A stretch of DNA of 64,000 nucleotides, from NCBI GenBank assembly GCA_044223005.1, contig JBGAML010000001.1, positions 64,001 through 128,000 of the forward strand. The letters are read 5' to 3'. Within the stretch, counting starts at the first letter, position 1. Each line of letters opens with the position of its first letter. This stretch comes from Candidatus Eiseniibacteriota bacterium. GTDB lineage: Bacteria > Eisenbacteria > RBG-16-71-46. The notes under the pieces are model-generated. The model did not search any database, was not told the DNA's origin, and saw only the letters and a list, made by a program, of their open reading frames with translations. Below are positions 9,054 through 18,423 of the stretch, one piece after another. A program made the translations under genes and the position numbers.

Positions 9054-10388
9054 ATGAAGCCGGAAGCCGAAGGAGAAGTGCTGTCCGCCGCACGCCTCGA
9101 GCGCGCGATCGCGGATGCCAAGCCGGACTACACGCCCGCCGAAGCCGTGGCGGAGGCGAATCGCTGCCTCTACTGCCACGATGCGCCGTGCGTGCAGGCG
9201 TGTCCCACGGGCATCGACATCCCGACGTTCATCCGCAAGATCTCGACCGGCAACCTGCGTGGCTCGGCGCGGGTGATCCTGTCGGCGAACATGCTCGGCT
9301 ATTCGTGCGCGCGCGCCTGCCCGGTCGAGGTGCTGTGCGCGGGCGCCTGCGTCTACAACACCTGGCACCGCACGCCGATCGCGATCGGCCGCCTGCAGCG
9401 GCACGCGGTCGAAGCGGAGTTCAGGACGGGTGACGCGACGCGGCTCTTCTCGCGCGCACCCGCGAACGGCCACAAAGTCGCGTGCGTGGGCGCCGGCCCC
9501 GCCGCGCTCGCGTGCGCGGGCTACCTCGCGCTCGAGGGCTGCGACGTGACGCTCTACGAGAAGCGGCCCCTGCCGGGCGGGCTCAATACCACCGGCATCG
9601 CCCCGTACAAGCTGAACGTCGAGGGCGCGTTCGCCGAGATCGGCTTCGTGCGCTCGCTCGGCGTCACGTTCCGCGGCGGCGTCGAGGTGGGCAAGGACGT
9701 GCCGATCGCGTCGCTGCTCGAGCAGCACGAAGCGGTGTTCCTCGGGCCCGGCCTGGGCACCGACGCGCGGCTGCGGATCCCCGGCGAGGACGGCCCCGGC
9801 GTCTCGGGCGCGGTCGCCTGGATCGAGCGGCTCAAGCTCGAGCCGAACTTCGCGGTGAAGGGCATCACGCGCGCCGTGGTGATCGGCGGCGGCAACACCG
9901 CCATCGACGCCGCGCGCGAGTTGCGCCGCGTCGGCGTGGCCGAGGTGACGATGCTCTATCGCCGCACCGAGGCCCAGATGACCGGCTACGCGCACGAGCT
10001 GGAGCTCGCCCGCAAGGAGGGCATCCTGCTGATCGAGCGCGCGGTGCCGCAGGCGTTCGTCCGCGAGGGCGACGTACTGCGCGGCATCACGCTGGTCGAC
10101 GGCCGCACGTACGCCTGCGACCTCGCGCTCGTCGCGATCGGGCAGGCGCGCCTGCGCGAGCTGGCCGCCGCGTTCACGGGCGTCGAGGTGAACGACCAGG
10201 GCCGCATCGTGGCCGACCCGGTGACGGGCGCGACGGGCCATCCGCGCGTGTGGGCGGGCGGCGACGCGATCGGCGGCGAACTGCTGGTGACCGCGGCGCA
10301 GGACGGCAAACGCGCCGCGCGCGACATCGCGAGGGCGCTCGGACTGCCCGCGCGCCCCGACGCTCCCTTCAACGCCGGCCACCGCTGA
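9054..10388 (+). CDS. preT: NAD-dependent dihydropyrimidine dehydrogenase subunit PreT (GltD-like)
   Basis: RCLYCHDAPCVQACP Fe-S motif, GAGPA and GGGNTAID. It lies directly upstream of preA. Confidence 0.88.
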   Translation: MKPEAEGEVLSAARLERAIADAKPDYTPAEAVAEANRCLYCHDAPCVQACPTGIDIPTFIRKISTGNLRGSARVILSANMLGYSCARACPVEVLCAGACVYNTWHRTPIAIGRLQRHAVEAEFRTGDATRLFSRAPANGHKVACVGAGPAALACAGYLALEGCDVTLYEKRPLPGGLNTTGIAPYKLNVEGAFAEIGFVRSLGVTFRGGVEVGKDVPIASLLEQHEAVFLGPGLGTDARLRIPGEDGPGVSGAVAWIERLKLEPNFAVKGITRAVVIGGGNTAIDAARELRRVGVAEVTMLYRRTEAQMTGYAHELELARKEGILLIERAVPQAFVREGDVLRGITLVDGRTYACDLALVAIGQARLRELAAAFTGVEVNDQGRIVADPVTGATGHPRVWAGGDAIGGELLVTAAQDGKRAARDIARALGLPARPDAPFNAGHR

Positions 10389-10398
10389 GGAGACCTCC

Positions 10399-11733
10399 AT
10401 GGCTGATCTCTCCATCAACTTCGCCGGCATCTCGGCCCCCAACCCGTTCTGGCTCGCGAGCGCGCCGCCCACCAACTCGGGCGACCAGGTGATGCGCGCC
10501 TTCGACCTCGGCTGGGGCGGCGCCGTGTGGAAGACCCTGGGCGACCCGATCGTCGACACCAGCAGCCGCTTCGGAGCGCTGCACGTGGGCAACGAGCGCA
10601 TGGTCGGATTCAACAACATCGAGCTCATCACCGACCGGCCGCTCGAAGTGAACCTGCGCGAGATCCGCGAGGTGAAGCGCAAGTACCCGAAGCACGCCGT
10701 GATCGTGTCGCTGATGGTCGAGTCCAAGGAGGACTGGCGCACGATCATCAAGAAGTCGATCGACGCCGGCGCCGACGGACTCGAACTGAACTTCGGCTGC
10801 CCGCACGGCATGTGCGAGCGCGGCATGGGCTCGGCGGTCGGGCAGGAACCCGACGTCCTGAAGACCGTGGCGGGCTGGGCGATCGAGTTCTCGACCGTCC
10901 CGGTGCTGATCAAGCTGACGCCCAACGTGGGCGACATCCTCGAGCCCGGCGTCGCCGCGGTCGAGGCGGGCGCGCACGGACTGAGCCTCATCAACACCAT
11001 CAAGAGCATCGTGGGCGTGGACCTCGACAAGATGGTCCCCTACCCCGTCGTCGGCCAGCGTGCCACGAACGGCGGCTACTGCGGACCCGCCGTGAAGCCG
11101 ATCGCGCTGCACATGGTCAGCGCGCTGGCGCGCGACCCGCGCATCACGGTGCCGATCTCGGGCATCGGCGGCATCGCGACGTGGCGCGACGCGGCGGAGT
11201 TCATCGCGCTCGGCTCGACCAGCGTGCAGGTGTGCACCGCGGCGATGCACTACGGCTTCCGGATCGTCGAGGACATGATCGACGGCCTGTCGAACTTCCT
11301 CGACTCCAAGGGCATGAAGTCGGTGAACGAGCTGCGCGGGGCCGCCGTGCCCGCGTATTCGGAATGGGGCGACCTCGACCTCAACTACAAGGTCGCGGCG
11401 CACATCGACCCGGCCAAGTGCATCGGCTGCGACCTCTGCTACGTGGCCTGCCGCGACACCTCGGTGCACTGCATCCACGTCGGCGATCACCCGCTGCCCG
11501 CGGGACACCGCGCGCCGACGCGCGACGCCGCGAACGCCCGCGCGAAGGCGACGGGCGTGCACGTGCCGTGGGTGGACTGGGACGAGTGCACCGGCTGCAA
11601 CCTCTGCTCGCACGTCTGCCCCGTGCCCGGCTGCATCACCATGGCCGACGACACGCGCGGCAAGCCGTTCGAGAGCTGGAACGACCGCATCGCCAAGGGC
11701 ACGGACAAGGTCCCGGGCGGCCTGCACGACTGA
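10399..11733 (+). CDS. preA: NAD-dependent dihydropyrimidine dehydrogenase subunit PreA
   Basis: NPFWLASAPPT, ELNFGCPHG, KLTPN, and two C-terminal 4Fe-4S motifs (CIGCDLC, CTGCNLCSHVCP). Confidence 0.94.
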   Translation: MADLSINFAGISAPNPFWLASAPPTNSGDQVMRAFDLGWGGAVWKTLGDPIVDTSSRFGALHVGNERMVGFNNIELITDRPLEVNLREIREVKRKYPKHAVIVSLMVESKEDWRTIIKKSIDAGADGLELNFGCPHGMCERGMGSAVGQEPDVLKTVAGWAIEFSTVPVLIKLTPNVGDILEPGVAAVEAGAHGLSLINTIKSIVGVDLDKMVPYPVVGQRATNGGYCGPAVKPIALHMVSALARDPRITVPISGIGGIATWRDAAEFIALGSTSVQVCTAAMHYGFRIVEDMIDGLSNFLDSKGMKSVNELRGAAVPAYSEWGDLDLNYKVAAHIDPAKCIGCDLCYVACRDTSVHCIHVGDHPLPAGHRAPTRDAANARAKATGVHVPWVDWDECTGCNLCSHVCPVPGCITMADDTRGKPFESWNDRIAKGTDKVPGGLHD

Positions 11734-11756
11734 AGCCCGCACGCGGAACGACACGA

Positions 11757-11797
11757 CGCGGCCTGGCGGAGCGATCCGCCGGGCCGCGGTTCGTTGT
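11757..11797 (+). terminator. Intrinsic terminator after preA
   Basis: 14-bp stem cgcggcctggcgga / tccgccgggccgcg (one G-U pair) with a GCGA loop, followed by gttcgttgt. Confidence 0.6.
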
Positions 11798-11862
11798 GGG
11801 ACGCGTGGGCGGGGCCGGTTAGCATGGCGCGTCCGCATCGCAATCGACCGGAGGACCGTTCC

Positions 11863-14800
11863 ATGCTCCGCCCCCGCGCCGCCGTCACTGCCGCGCTGCT
11901 GCTCGCCGTTCTCGCCCCGGCCGCGCCCGTCCGCGCGGCGACGCCGCCGCTGGCCGCGGCGCTCCGCTGGCGCTGCGTCGGGCCGTACCGCGGCGGGCGT
12001 ACCGTGGCCGCGGTGGGTGTGCCGGGCCAGCGCGGGCTCTTCTACATCGGCGTCAACAACGGCGGCGTGTGGCGCACCGACGACTTCGGGCGCACGTGGG
12101 ACCCGATCTTCGACGGCCAGCCGACGCAAAGCATCGGCGCGATCGCACTCGCGCCGTCCGACCCGAACGTGATCTACGTCGGCAGCGGCGAGGGACTGCA
12201 GCGGCCCGATCTCTCCGTCGGCGACGGGATCTACCGCTCGGACGACGCGGGGCGCACGTGGCGCCACCTCGGGCTCGACGATGCGCAGCAGGTGCCGGCG
12301 ATCGCGGTGGATCCTCGCAATCCCGAGCGCGCGTACGTCGCGGTGCTCGGTCACCCGTACGGCGCGAATCCCGTGCGCGGGATCTACCGTACCCTCGACG
12401 GCGGCCGCAACTGGGAGCGCGTGCTTCACACCGACGACGACACGGGCGCGATGGACGTGGTGCTCGACCCGGCCGATTCGCGCACGCTGTACGCGTCGCT
12501 CTACGCCTCGCGCCAGGCGCCGTGGGAAGCGGGCTGGGCGCTCGCCGACCGCAACGGCGTCTGGAAGTCCGAGGACGGCGGCTCCACATGGCGCCACGTC
12601 ACGGCGGGACTGCCCACGCCCGCCGACGGGCTCGGCCGCATCGGGCTCGCCACCTGCGCGAGCGATCCGACGCGGCTCTACGCGATCGTGGGCGCCGACA
12701 AGGGTGGCGGACTCTATCGCTCGGACGATCGCGGTGAGCACTGGCGACTGGTGAACGACGACGACCGGCTGTGGGGACGCAACGGCGACTTCGACGAAGT
12801 GAAGGCCGATCCCTCGAACGCCGACATCGTCTACGTCGCCAACGTGGTGTCGTGGAAGTCCACCGACGGCGGTGACACGTTCCAGGCGTTCCGCGGGGCT
12901 CCGGGCGGCGACGACTACCATCGCTTCTGGATCGATCCCGCCGACCCGAACGTGATCCTTCTCGCCGGCGACCAGGGCGCGGTCATCACGGTGAACGGCG
13001 GGCGCACATTCTCGTCGTGGTACAACCAGCCCACGGCGCAGATGTTCCACGTCAACGCCGACGACGGCTTCCCCTACCGGCTCTACGGCGGCCAGCAGGA
13101 GAGCGGCTCGGCCGGCGTGTCGAGCCGCGGCGACGACGGCGCGATCACCGCACGCGACTGGCACCCCGTGGGCGCGGAGGAGTACGGCTACGCCGTACCG
13201 GACCCGCTGCACCCGGAGTGGATCTTCGGCGGCAAGATCACGCGCTACGACCGCCGCACGGGCGACGTGAAGAACGTCTCGCCCGATCCGCTCCGCCGCC
13301 AGCCGCTGCGCTGGGTGCGCACGATGCCGATCGCGTTCAACGCCGCGGATCCGCACGAGCTGCTCCTGGGCGCCAACGTGGTGTTCTCCACGCTCGACGG
13401 TGGCGAGCACTGGCGCACGATCAGCCCCGACCTGACGCGCGCGTCGTACGCGATGCCGCCGTCGGTCGGCGCGTTCGCATCGCAGGACCGCGAGCGCGGC
13501 GCGCATCGCGGCGTCGTGTACGCGCTGGCGGCGTCGCCGCTCGACCGCGACCGGATCTGGGCCGGCACCGACGACGGACTCGTGCACGTGACGCGCGACC
13601 ACGGCCGCACGTGGACCGACGTGACGCCGCCCGCGCTCACGCCCTGGAGCAAGATCTCGGTGCTCGAGGCCTCGCACTTCGATGCGAACGAGGCGTGGGC
13701 GGCGGTCAACCGCTGGCGGCTCGACGATCTCGCACCGCACATCTGGCGGACGCGCGACGGCGGCCGGACGTGGGACGAGGTCGTGAACGGCCTGCCCGCG
13801 GACGTGGTCGTGAACGCGGTGCGCGAAGACCCCGCGGTGCGCGGGCTGCTCTACGCGGCGACCGAGCGCGGCGTGTTCGCGTCGCTCGACGACGGCGGGC
13901 TCTGGCAGCCGATCGGCGGTGGGCTGCCGCCGAGCTCGGTGCGCGACCTCGTCGTGCACGGTACCGACCTCGCGGTCGCGACGCACGGGCGCTCGTTCTG
14001 GATCCTCGACGACGTCTCGCCACTGCGGCAGCAGGCGCAGGCGCTGGCCGCTCACGACGCGTACCTCGTGCGCCCGGCGCTCGCGACGCGCGTGCGCGGG
14101 AACCGCAACACCGACACGCCCGTGCCGCCGGACGAGCCCGCGGGCCAGAACCCGCCCGAGGGCGTCGCGATCGACTGGTACCTGCCGCACGCACCGCGGG
14201 GACCCGTGACGATCGACGTGCTCGATCGCACCGGCCGCCTCGTGCGCCACGTCGCGAGCACCGATCTCGTGCGCGAGCCCGCGACGCGGGGCGAGACACC
14301 GGGGTACTGGATGCGCCGCGAGGTGCCGATCTCCGGCGCCGCCGGCGCGCAGCGCTGGTGGTGGGACCTGCGCGAGACCGCGCCGCCCGCGCGCGAGCGC
14401 TCGTGGGGCATGAGCGCCATCGCGCACGACACGCCGTCGGACCCGCGCGGGCCGTGGGTCGTGCCGGGCACGTACACGGTGTGGCTCGGCGTCGACGGGC
14501 ACACGTTCGAGCAGCCGCTCGTCGTGCGCATGGATCCGCGCGTGCCGGTGAGCACCGCCGACCTCGAGACGCAGCATGCGCTCTCGCTGCGCCTGCTCGC
14601 GGTGTGGCGCGCGGATTCCGCGGCGGCCGACCGCGTGCACGCCCGACGCGCGGCGCTCACCGGAACGGATGCCGCGACCGATTCGCTGCGTCGCGATCTC
14701 ACCGCGCTCGAGGGGCGCAGCAGCGGCCCGTGGTGGGCGCGCGGCGGCGGCGGGAAGGACTTCGCGGCGCTCGCCTCGGACTGCCAACGCGCTCTCGACA

Positions 14801-14928
14801 CGATCCAGCGCAGCGATTCGGCGCCCACGCCGGCGCTCGCCGAGGCCGTGCCCGCGGCCGAACGCGCGCTCGCGGCGCTGCTCGAACGCGAACGCGTGCT
14901 GACCACGCGGGCGGCGTCGTCCCGTTAG
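11863..14928 (+). CDS. Secreted BNR/Asp-box (VPS10/sortilin-like) beta-propeller protein, 'glycosyl hydrolase BNR repeat' type
   Basis: GGAGG RBS, signal peptide, WRCVGPYRGGR, and many (S/T)xDxGxxW Asp-boxes. Confidence 0.85.
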   Translation: MLRPRAAVTAALLLAVLAPAAPVRAATPPLAAALRWRCVGPYRGGRTVAAVGVPGQRGLFYIGVNNGGVWRTDDFGRTWDPIFDGQPTQSIGAIALAPSDPNVIYVGSGEGLQRPDLSVGDGIYRSDDAGRTWRHLGLDDAQQVPAIAVDPRNPERAYVAVLGHPYGANPVRGIYRTLDGGRNWERVLHTDDDTGAMDVVLDPADSRTLYASLYASRQAPWEAGWALADRNGVWKSEDGGSTWRHVTAGLPTPADGLGRIGLATCASDPTRLYAIVGADKGGGLYRSDDRGEHWRLVNDDDRLWGRNGDFDEVKADPSNADIVYVANVVSWKSTDGGDTFQAFRGAPGGDDYHRFWIDPADPNVILLAGDQGAVITVNGGRTFSSWYNQPTAQMFHVNADDGFPYRLYGGQQESGSAGVSSRGDDGAITARDWHPVGAEEYGYAVPDPLHPEWIFGGKITRYDRRTGDVKNVSPDPLRRQPLRWVRTMPIAFNAADPHELLLGANVVFSTLDGGEHWRTISPDLTRASYAMPPSVGAFASQDRERGAHRGVVYALAASPLDRDRIWAGTDDGLVHVTRDHGRTWTDVTPPALTPWSKISVLEASHFDANEAWAAVNRWRLDDLAPHIWRTRDGGRTWDEVVNGLPADVVVNAVREDPAVRGLLYAATERGVFASLDDGGLWQPIGGGLPPSSVRDLVVHGTDLAVATHGRSFWILDDVSPLRQQAQALAAHDAYLVRPALATRVRGNRNTDTPVPPDEPAGQNPPEGVAIDWYLPHAPRGPVTIDVLDRTGRLVRHVASTDLVREPATRGETPGYWMRREVPISGAAGAQRWWWDLRETAPPARERSWGMSAIAHDTPSDPRGPWVVPGTYTVWLGVDGHTFEQPLVVRMDPRVPVSTADLETQHALSLRLLAVWRADSAAADRVHARRAALTGTDAATDSLRRDLTALEGRSSGPWWARGGGGKDFAALASDCQRALDTIQRSDSAPTPALAEAVPAAERALAALLERERVLTTRAASSR

Positions 14929-16580
14929 TCGAGCACCACGAATCGCACCGTGAGGGCGGCGCCCCGCTGCGCCAGGCGCGCGAAGTAGACGCCCGCGCGC
15001 GCGCCGCCCGTGGGCGTCCACGCGAGTTCGCGCGCCGGCGCGCCGGGTCCGACGAACGTGCGGCCCACGACACGGCCTGCGACGTCGCAGACCTCGAGCG
15101 TCGCGGGGGCGTCCGGAGCGAGAGCGAGCGCGAAGCGACGCGGACCGCTCGCGGGATTGGCCCCGAGCAGCTTCAGCGACAGCCCGCGCGGCACCGCCGG
15201 CGTCACGCCGAGGAAGCTCGCCGGCACGAAGCGCGCGAGCTTGAGTGCCGCGTAGGGCCAGATGCAGTTGTCGCTCACGGTCGTCGCGACGAGCGGGAAG
15301 CCCGTGCCGTCACCGTACACGGCGAGTGGCCCGGAGTAGTTGAGGCCGCCGCTGCCGCAGGGACCGTTGGCGACGATGCCCGGAAGCACGAGCGAGTTGC
15401 CCGCGGGCGCCCAGCCCGCGACGAGCGCGCGATCGGCGCCGAGGTGCGTCACGACGGAACCCCAGCCGACGAACACGCCGCCCGCACCGTCGGCACTCGC
15501 GACGAATGACTTCGTGGAGACCGGCGTGCCCGCCGGGGCTTCGAACACCGGCCCGGGCGCGCTCCAGCCCGCCACCGCCGTCCCCGTGGCGGAAAGGTGC
15601 GTGGCGTGCAGCGGAGCCGCCACGAATCCGCCCTGCGTCCATTCCATTCCGAACGCGTAGAGCCCACCGGCGCCGTCCGGGAAGACGCGCGTCTGGCCGA
15701 CGTCGTCGTCTTCGTCGTTGGCCACCGGCAGAGCGTTCACCGGCCAGCCCACCTGCATCGTGCCGTCGCTGTCCAGCCGGGCCGCGAACGTCCCGCCCGG
15801 GCCGCTCCATGTCACCCAGAAGTGGTCACCCTCCAGCGCCAGCGTCGACGCGACCGGCTGCTGGTTGGCGATCGGGAACGAAACCAGCGCGCCACCCAGC
15901 CACGCGGGATCGAGCGTGCCGCCCGGCAGCACGCGGAAGGTCCGGAACGTGTTGCTCGCATCGAGCGCGAGCACGATCGCGCGGCCCTGCGGATCCACGA
16001 CACACTTGACGAACGGTCGTATACCGTTCGCCGGCAGCGCGCTCGTGAGCGCGAGCCCCGAAGCGTTCCAGCCCGCGGGCGGCAGCGCATGGGGACCGAA
16101 ACGCAGCAGGCGCACCAGCGTGTCGGCGGTGGCGACCCACGCCCCCGACGTGCTGTCGGAGACCACGACTGGCGTGTGCATGGGCACGTCGGTGCCCAGG
16201 GCCGGCCAGGCGGGATCCGGATTGCCGCTCGCGAGCAGGCGCAAGAGCGAGCCGTACCCGGGCGTCGCGCCGAACGACGAGTAGCGGAACCAGCCGTCGG
16301 CTCCGTCGGCGAACGGCAGCGTGATTTCGGCCGCGGGATAGCCCGAGCCCGGAGTGGCGTCCAACCCCACGCGCCGCGCGAGGCGATAGGCGTACGTGTT
16401 GCGGTGGCCGAAGGAGTAGACGACGAGCCGTCCGGGCCCGTCGGGCTCGATCCGGACCTGGTCGTAGCTGCTGACGGTATTCGCGATCGGCACGCCCTCG
16501 ACGGGCCATGCGGCGAGGACGGTGCGCGGCGCGAGCGTGATCAGCGTGAACACCGCGGCGAGAAGGGCGAGCGGTCGCAT
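14925..16580 (-). CDS. Secreted hypothetical protein with degenerate DGxGG repeats and a C-terminal sorting-type domain
   Basis: AGGAG RBS, signal peptide MRPLALLAAVFTLITLA, repeated PAW/xGWP motifs, and C-terminal ANP...DVAGR...AGVYFARL. Confidence 0.72.
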   Translation of the reverse strand: MRPLALLAAVFTLITLAPRTVLAAWPVEGVPIANTVSSYDQVRIEPDGPGRLVVYSFGHRNTYAYRLARRVGLDATPGSGYPAAEITLPFADGADGWFRYSSFGATPGYGSLLRLLASGNPDPAWPALGTDVPMHTPVVVSDSTSGAWVATADTLVRLLRFGPHALPPAGWNASGLALTSALPANGIRPFVKCVVDPQGRAIVLALDASNTFRTFRVLPGGTLDPAWLGGALVSFPIANQQPVASTLALEGDHFWVTWSGPGGTFAARLDSDGTMQVGWPVNALPVANDEDDDVGQTRVFPDGAGGLYAFGMEWTQGGFVAAPLHATHLSATGTAVAGWSAPGPVFEAPAGTPVSTKSFVASADGAGGVFVGWGSVVTHLGADRALVAGWAPAGNSLVLPGIVANGPCGSGGLNYSGPLAVYGDGTGFPLVATTVSDNCIWPYAALKLARFVPASFLGVTPAVPRGLSLKLLGANPASGPRRFALALAPDAPATLEVCDVAGRVVGRTFVGPGAPARELAWTPTGGARAGVYFARLAQRGAALTVRFVVLD

Positions 16581-16796
16581 GACGACTCCTGCGGGGGAGG
16601 ATCGTGACCGCGGGCCGCAACGGGGGACGGCTCGGACCCGTGCCTCGATTCTATCACCGCGGCCGGCGGCCGCCAGACGGCTTCTCCCGCGGGCGGCCTG
16701 CTCCGGAGCCGCGTTTTTCGCGCCCGGAATCGTAATGCGTCGTGCTAGCCTGCGCGGATCGCCGGACGGTCTTCCATCCACCCGAGGGCATCCCGC

Positions 16797-18290
16797 ATGG
16801 CCACGCAGGGCACGCTCGAGACGATCTCGCACCCGGACGGCCGGGTCGAACTGCGCGAGCCGGAGCGGCTGGAGTCGAGCCCGCTCTGGAACCACGACCT
16901 CGCTCCCGTGGCGATCGCGAAGCGCGACTGGACCACGTACAACTACGCGGCGCTGTGGATCAGCATGGCGCACTGCATCCCGACCTACATGCTCGCCTCG
17001 GGGCTCATGAGCTCGGGCATGACGTGGCAGCAGGCGCTCTTCACGATCCTGCTCGGCAACACGATCGTGCTGGTCCCCATCCTGCTCAACTCCCACCCGG
17101 GCACGCGCTACGGCATCCCGTTCCCGGTGTTCGCGCGCGCGAGCTACGGCACCGCCGGCTCCAACCTGCCCGCGCTCATGCGCGCGCTGGTCGCGTGCGG
17201 CTGGTTCGGCATCCAGGCGTGGATCGGCGGCGAGGCACTGCAGACGTTCTTCAGCGTGCTGATCCCGGGCTGGAAGCTGCTCCTCGGCGCGGGCTTCATG
17301 GGCCACACCACCACCGAGTGGCTCTCGTTCCTGCTCTTCTGGGGCATGAACATCGGCATCGTCTACCGCGGCATGAACCTGCTGCGCCACGTCGAGAACT
17401 GGACCGCGCCCTACGTGCTGGTGGTGACTGCGATCCTGCTCGTGTGGGCGGTGCGTGAAGCGCACGGCTTCGGGCCGCTGCTCTCGCAGCCGGGCAAGTT
17501 CAAGACGATGGGCGAGTTCCTGCCCGTGTTCGTGCCCTCGCTCACCGCGATGATCGGCTTCTGGGCGACGCTGTCGCTCAACATGCCCGACTTCACGCGC
17601 TTCGGCCGCAGCCAGCGCGAGCAGGTCGTGGGGCAGGTGGTCGCGCTGCCGACCACCATGTTCGCGTTCGCCGCGATGGGCGTGCTCATCACCTCGGCGA
17701 GTGCGCTTCTCTACGGCGAGCCCATCTGGGACCCGGTCAAGCTGGTCGGCAAGTTCACGAACCCGTTCGTCGTCGGCTTCGCGATGTTCTCGGTCGTCGC
17801 CGCGACGCTCGCGGTGAACATCGCCGCCAACGTGGTTTCTCCCGCCAACGACTTCGCCAACGCGCTGCCGAAGCACATCTCGTTCAAGACCGGCGGACTC
17901 ATCACCGGCATCGTCGGGATCCTCATGCAGCCGTGGCGCCTGCTCGCCGACCCCAAGGGTTACATCTTCACATGGCTCGTCGGCTACTCGGGCGGCCTCG
18001 GTTCGATCGCCGGCGTCATGATCGCGGACTACTGGCTCGTGCGCGGCAAGCGGCTCGAGCTGGGCGACCTCTACCGCGTCGAAGGCGTCTACCGGTATGA
18101 GGGCGGCTGGAACTGGCGCGCCGTGGTCGCGACGCTCGTGGGCTGCGCGCTCGCGTGGGGCGGCCTGGTCGTGCCCCCGCTGCGGCCGCTCTACGACTAC
18201 GCGTGGTTCGTCGGCTTCATCGTGTCGGCGCTGCTGCATTGGGCGCTGATGCGCATGGCGCCGCCGGTCGCGCGGCCCGCGCACGCCTGA
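16797..18290 (+). CDS. NCS1 family nucleobase:cation symporter (uracil/hydantoin permease, PydP-like)
   Basis: About 12 TM segments. YGIPFPVFARASYG, ACGWFGIQ, DFTRF and NIAANVVSP motifs. Confidence 0.92.
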   Translation: MATQGTLETISHPDGRVELREPERLESSPLWNHDLAPVAIAKRDWTTYNYAALWISMAHCIPTYMLASGLMSSGMTWQQALFTILLGNTIVLVPILLNSHPGTRYGIPFPVFARASYGTAGSNLPALMRALVACGWFGIQAWIGGEALQTFFSVLIPGWKLLLGAGFMGHTTTEWLSFLLFWGMNIGIVYRGMNLLRHVENWTAPYVLVVTAILLVWAVREAHGFGPLLSQPGKFKTMGEFLPVFVPSLTAMIGFWATLSLNMPDFTRFGRSQREQVVGQVVALPTTMFAFAAMGVLITSASALLYGEPIWDPVKLVGKFTNPFVVGFAMFSVVAATLAVNIAANVVSPANDFANALPKHISFKTGGLITGIVGILMQPWRLLADPKGYIFTWLVGYSGGLGSIAGVMIADYWLVRGKRLELGDLYRVEGVYRYEGGWNWRAVVATLVGCALAWGGLVVPPLRPLYDYAWFVGFIVSALLHWALMRMAPPVARPAHA

Positions 18291-18423
18291 CCGCACGGGA
18301 GTTCGCCCGAGTCGGCGGCTCCACGTGCGCATCCAACGAAACTCGCACCCCCGGCCGGGCGCACGGCCGGGACATCGCCGCCTCCACGTCGATCCCCACT
18401 CCCTCGGATCGAGGTCCCCCCCG

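Noticed and set aside
10369..15021. Very long alternative-frame ORFs (e.g. 1550 aa here, 32387..36754, 45250..49368, 49540..52818)
   Set aside because: They are Arg/Ala/Gly-rich shadow ORFs antisense to or overlapping well-supported genes, as expected from stop-codon scarcity at very high GC.
16628..16645. GGCACGGGTCC upstream of 14925..16580, similar to the sigma54 site at 56041
   Set aside because: It lacks the invariant GC at -12 (reads AG).
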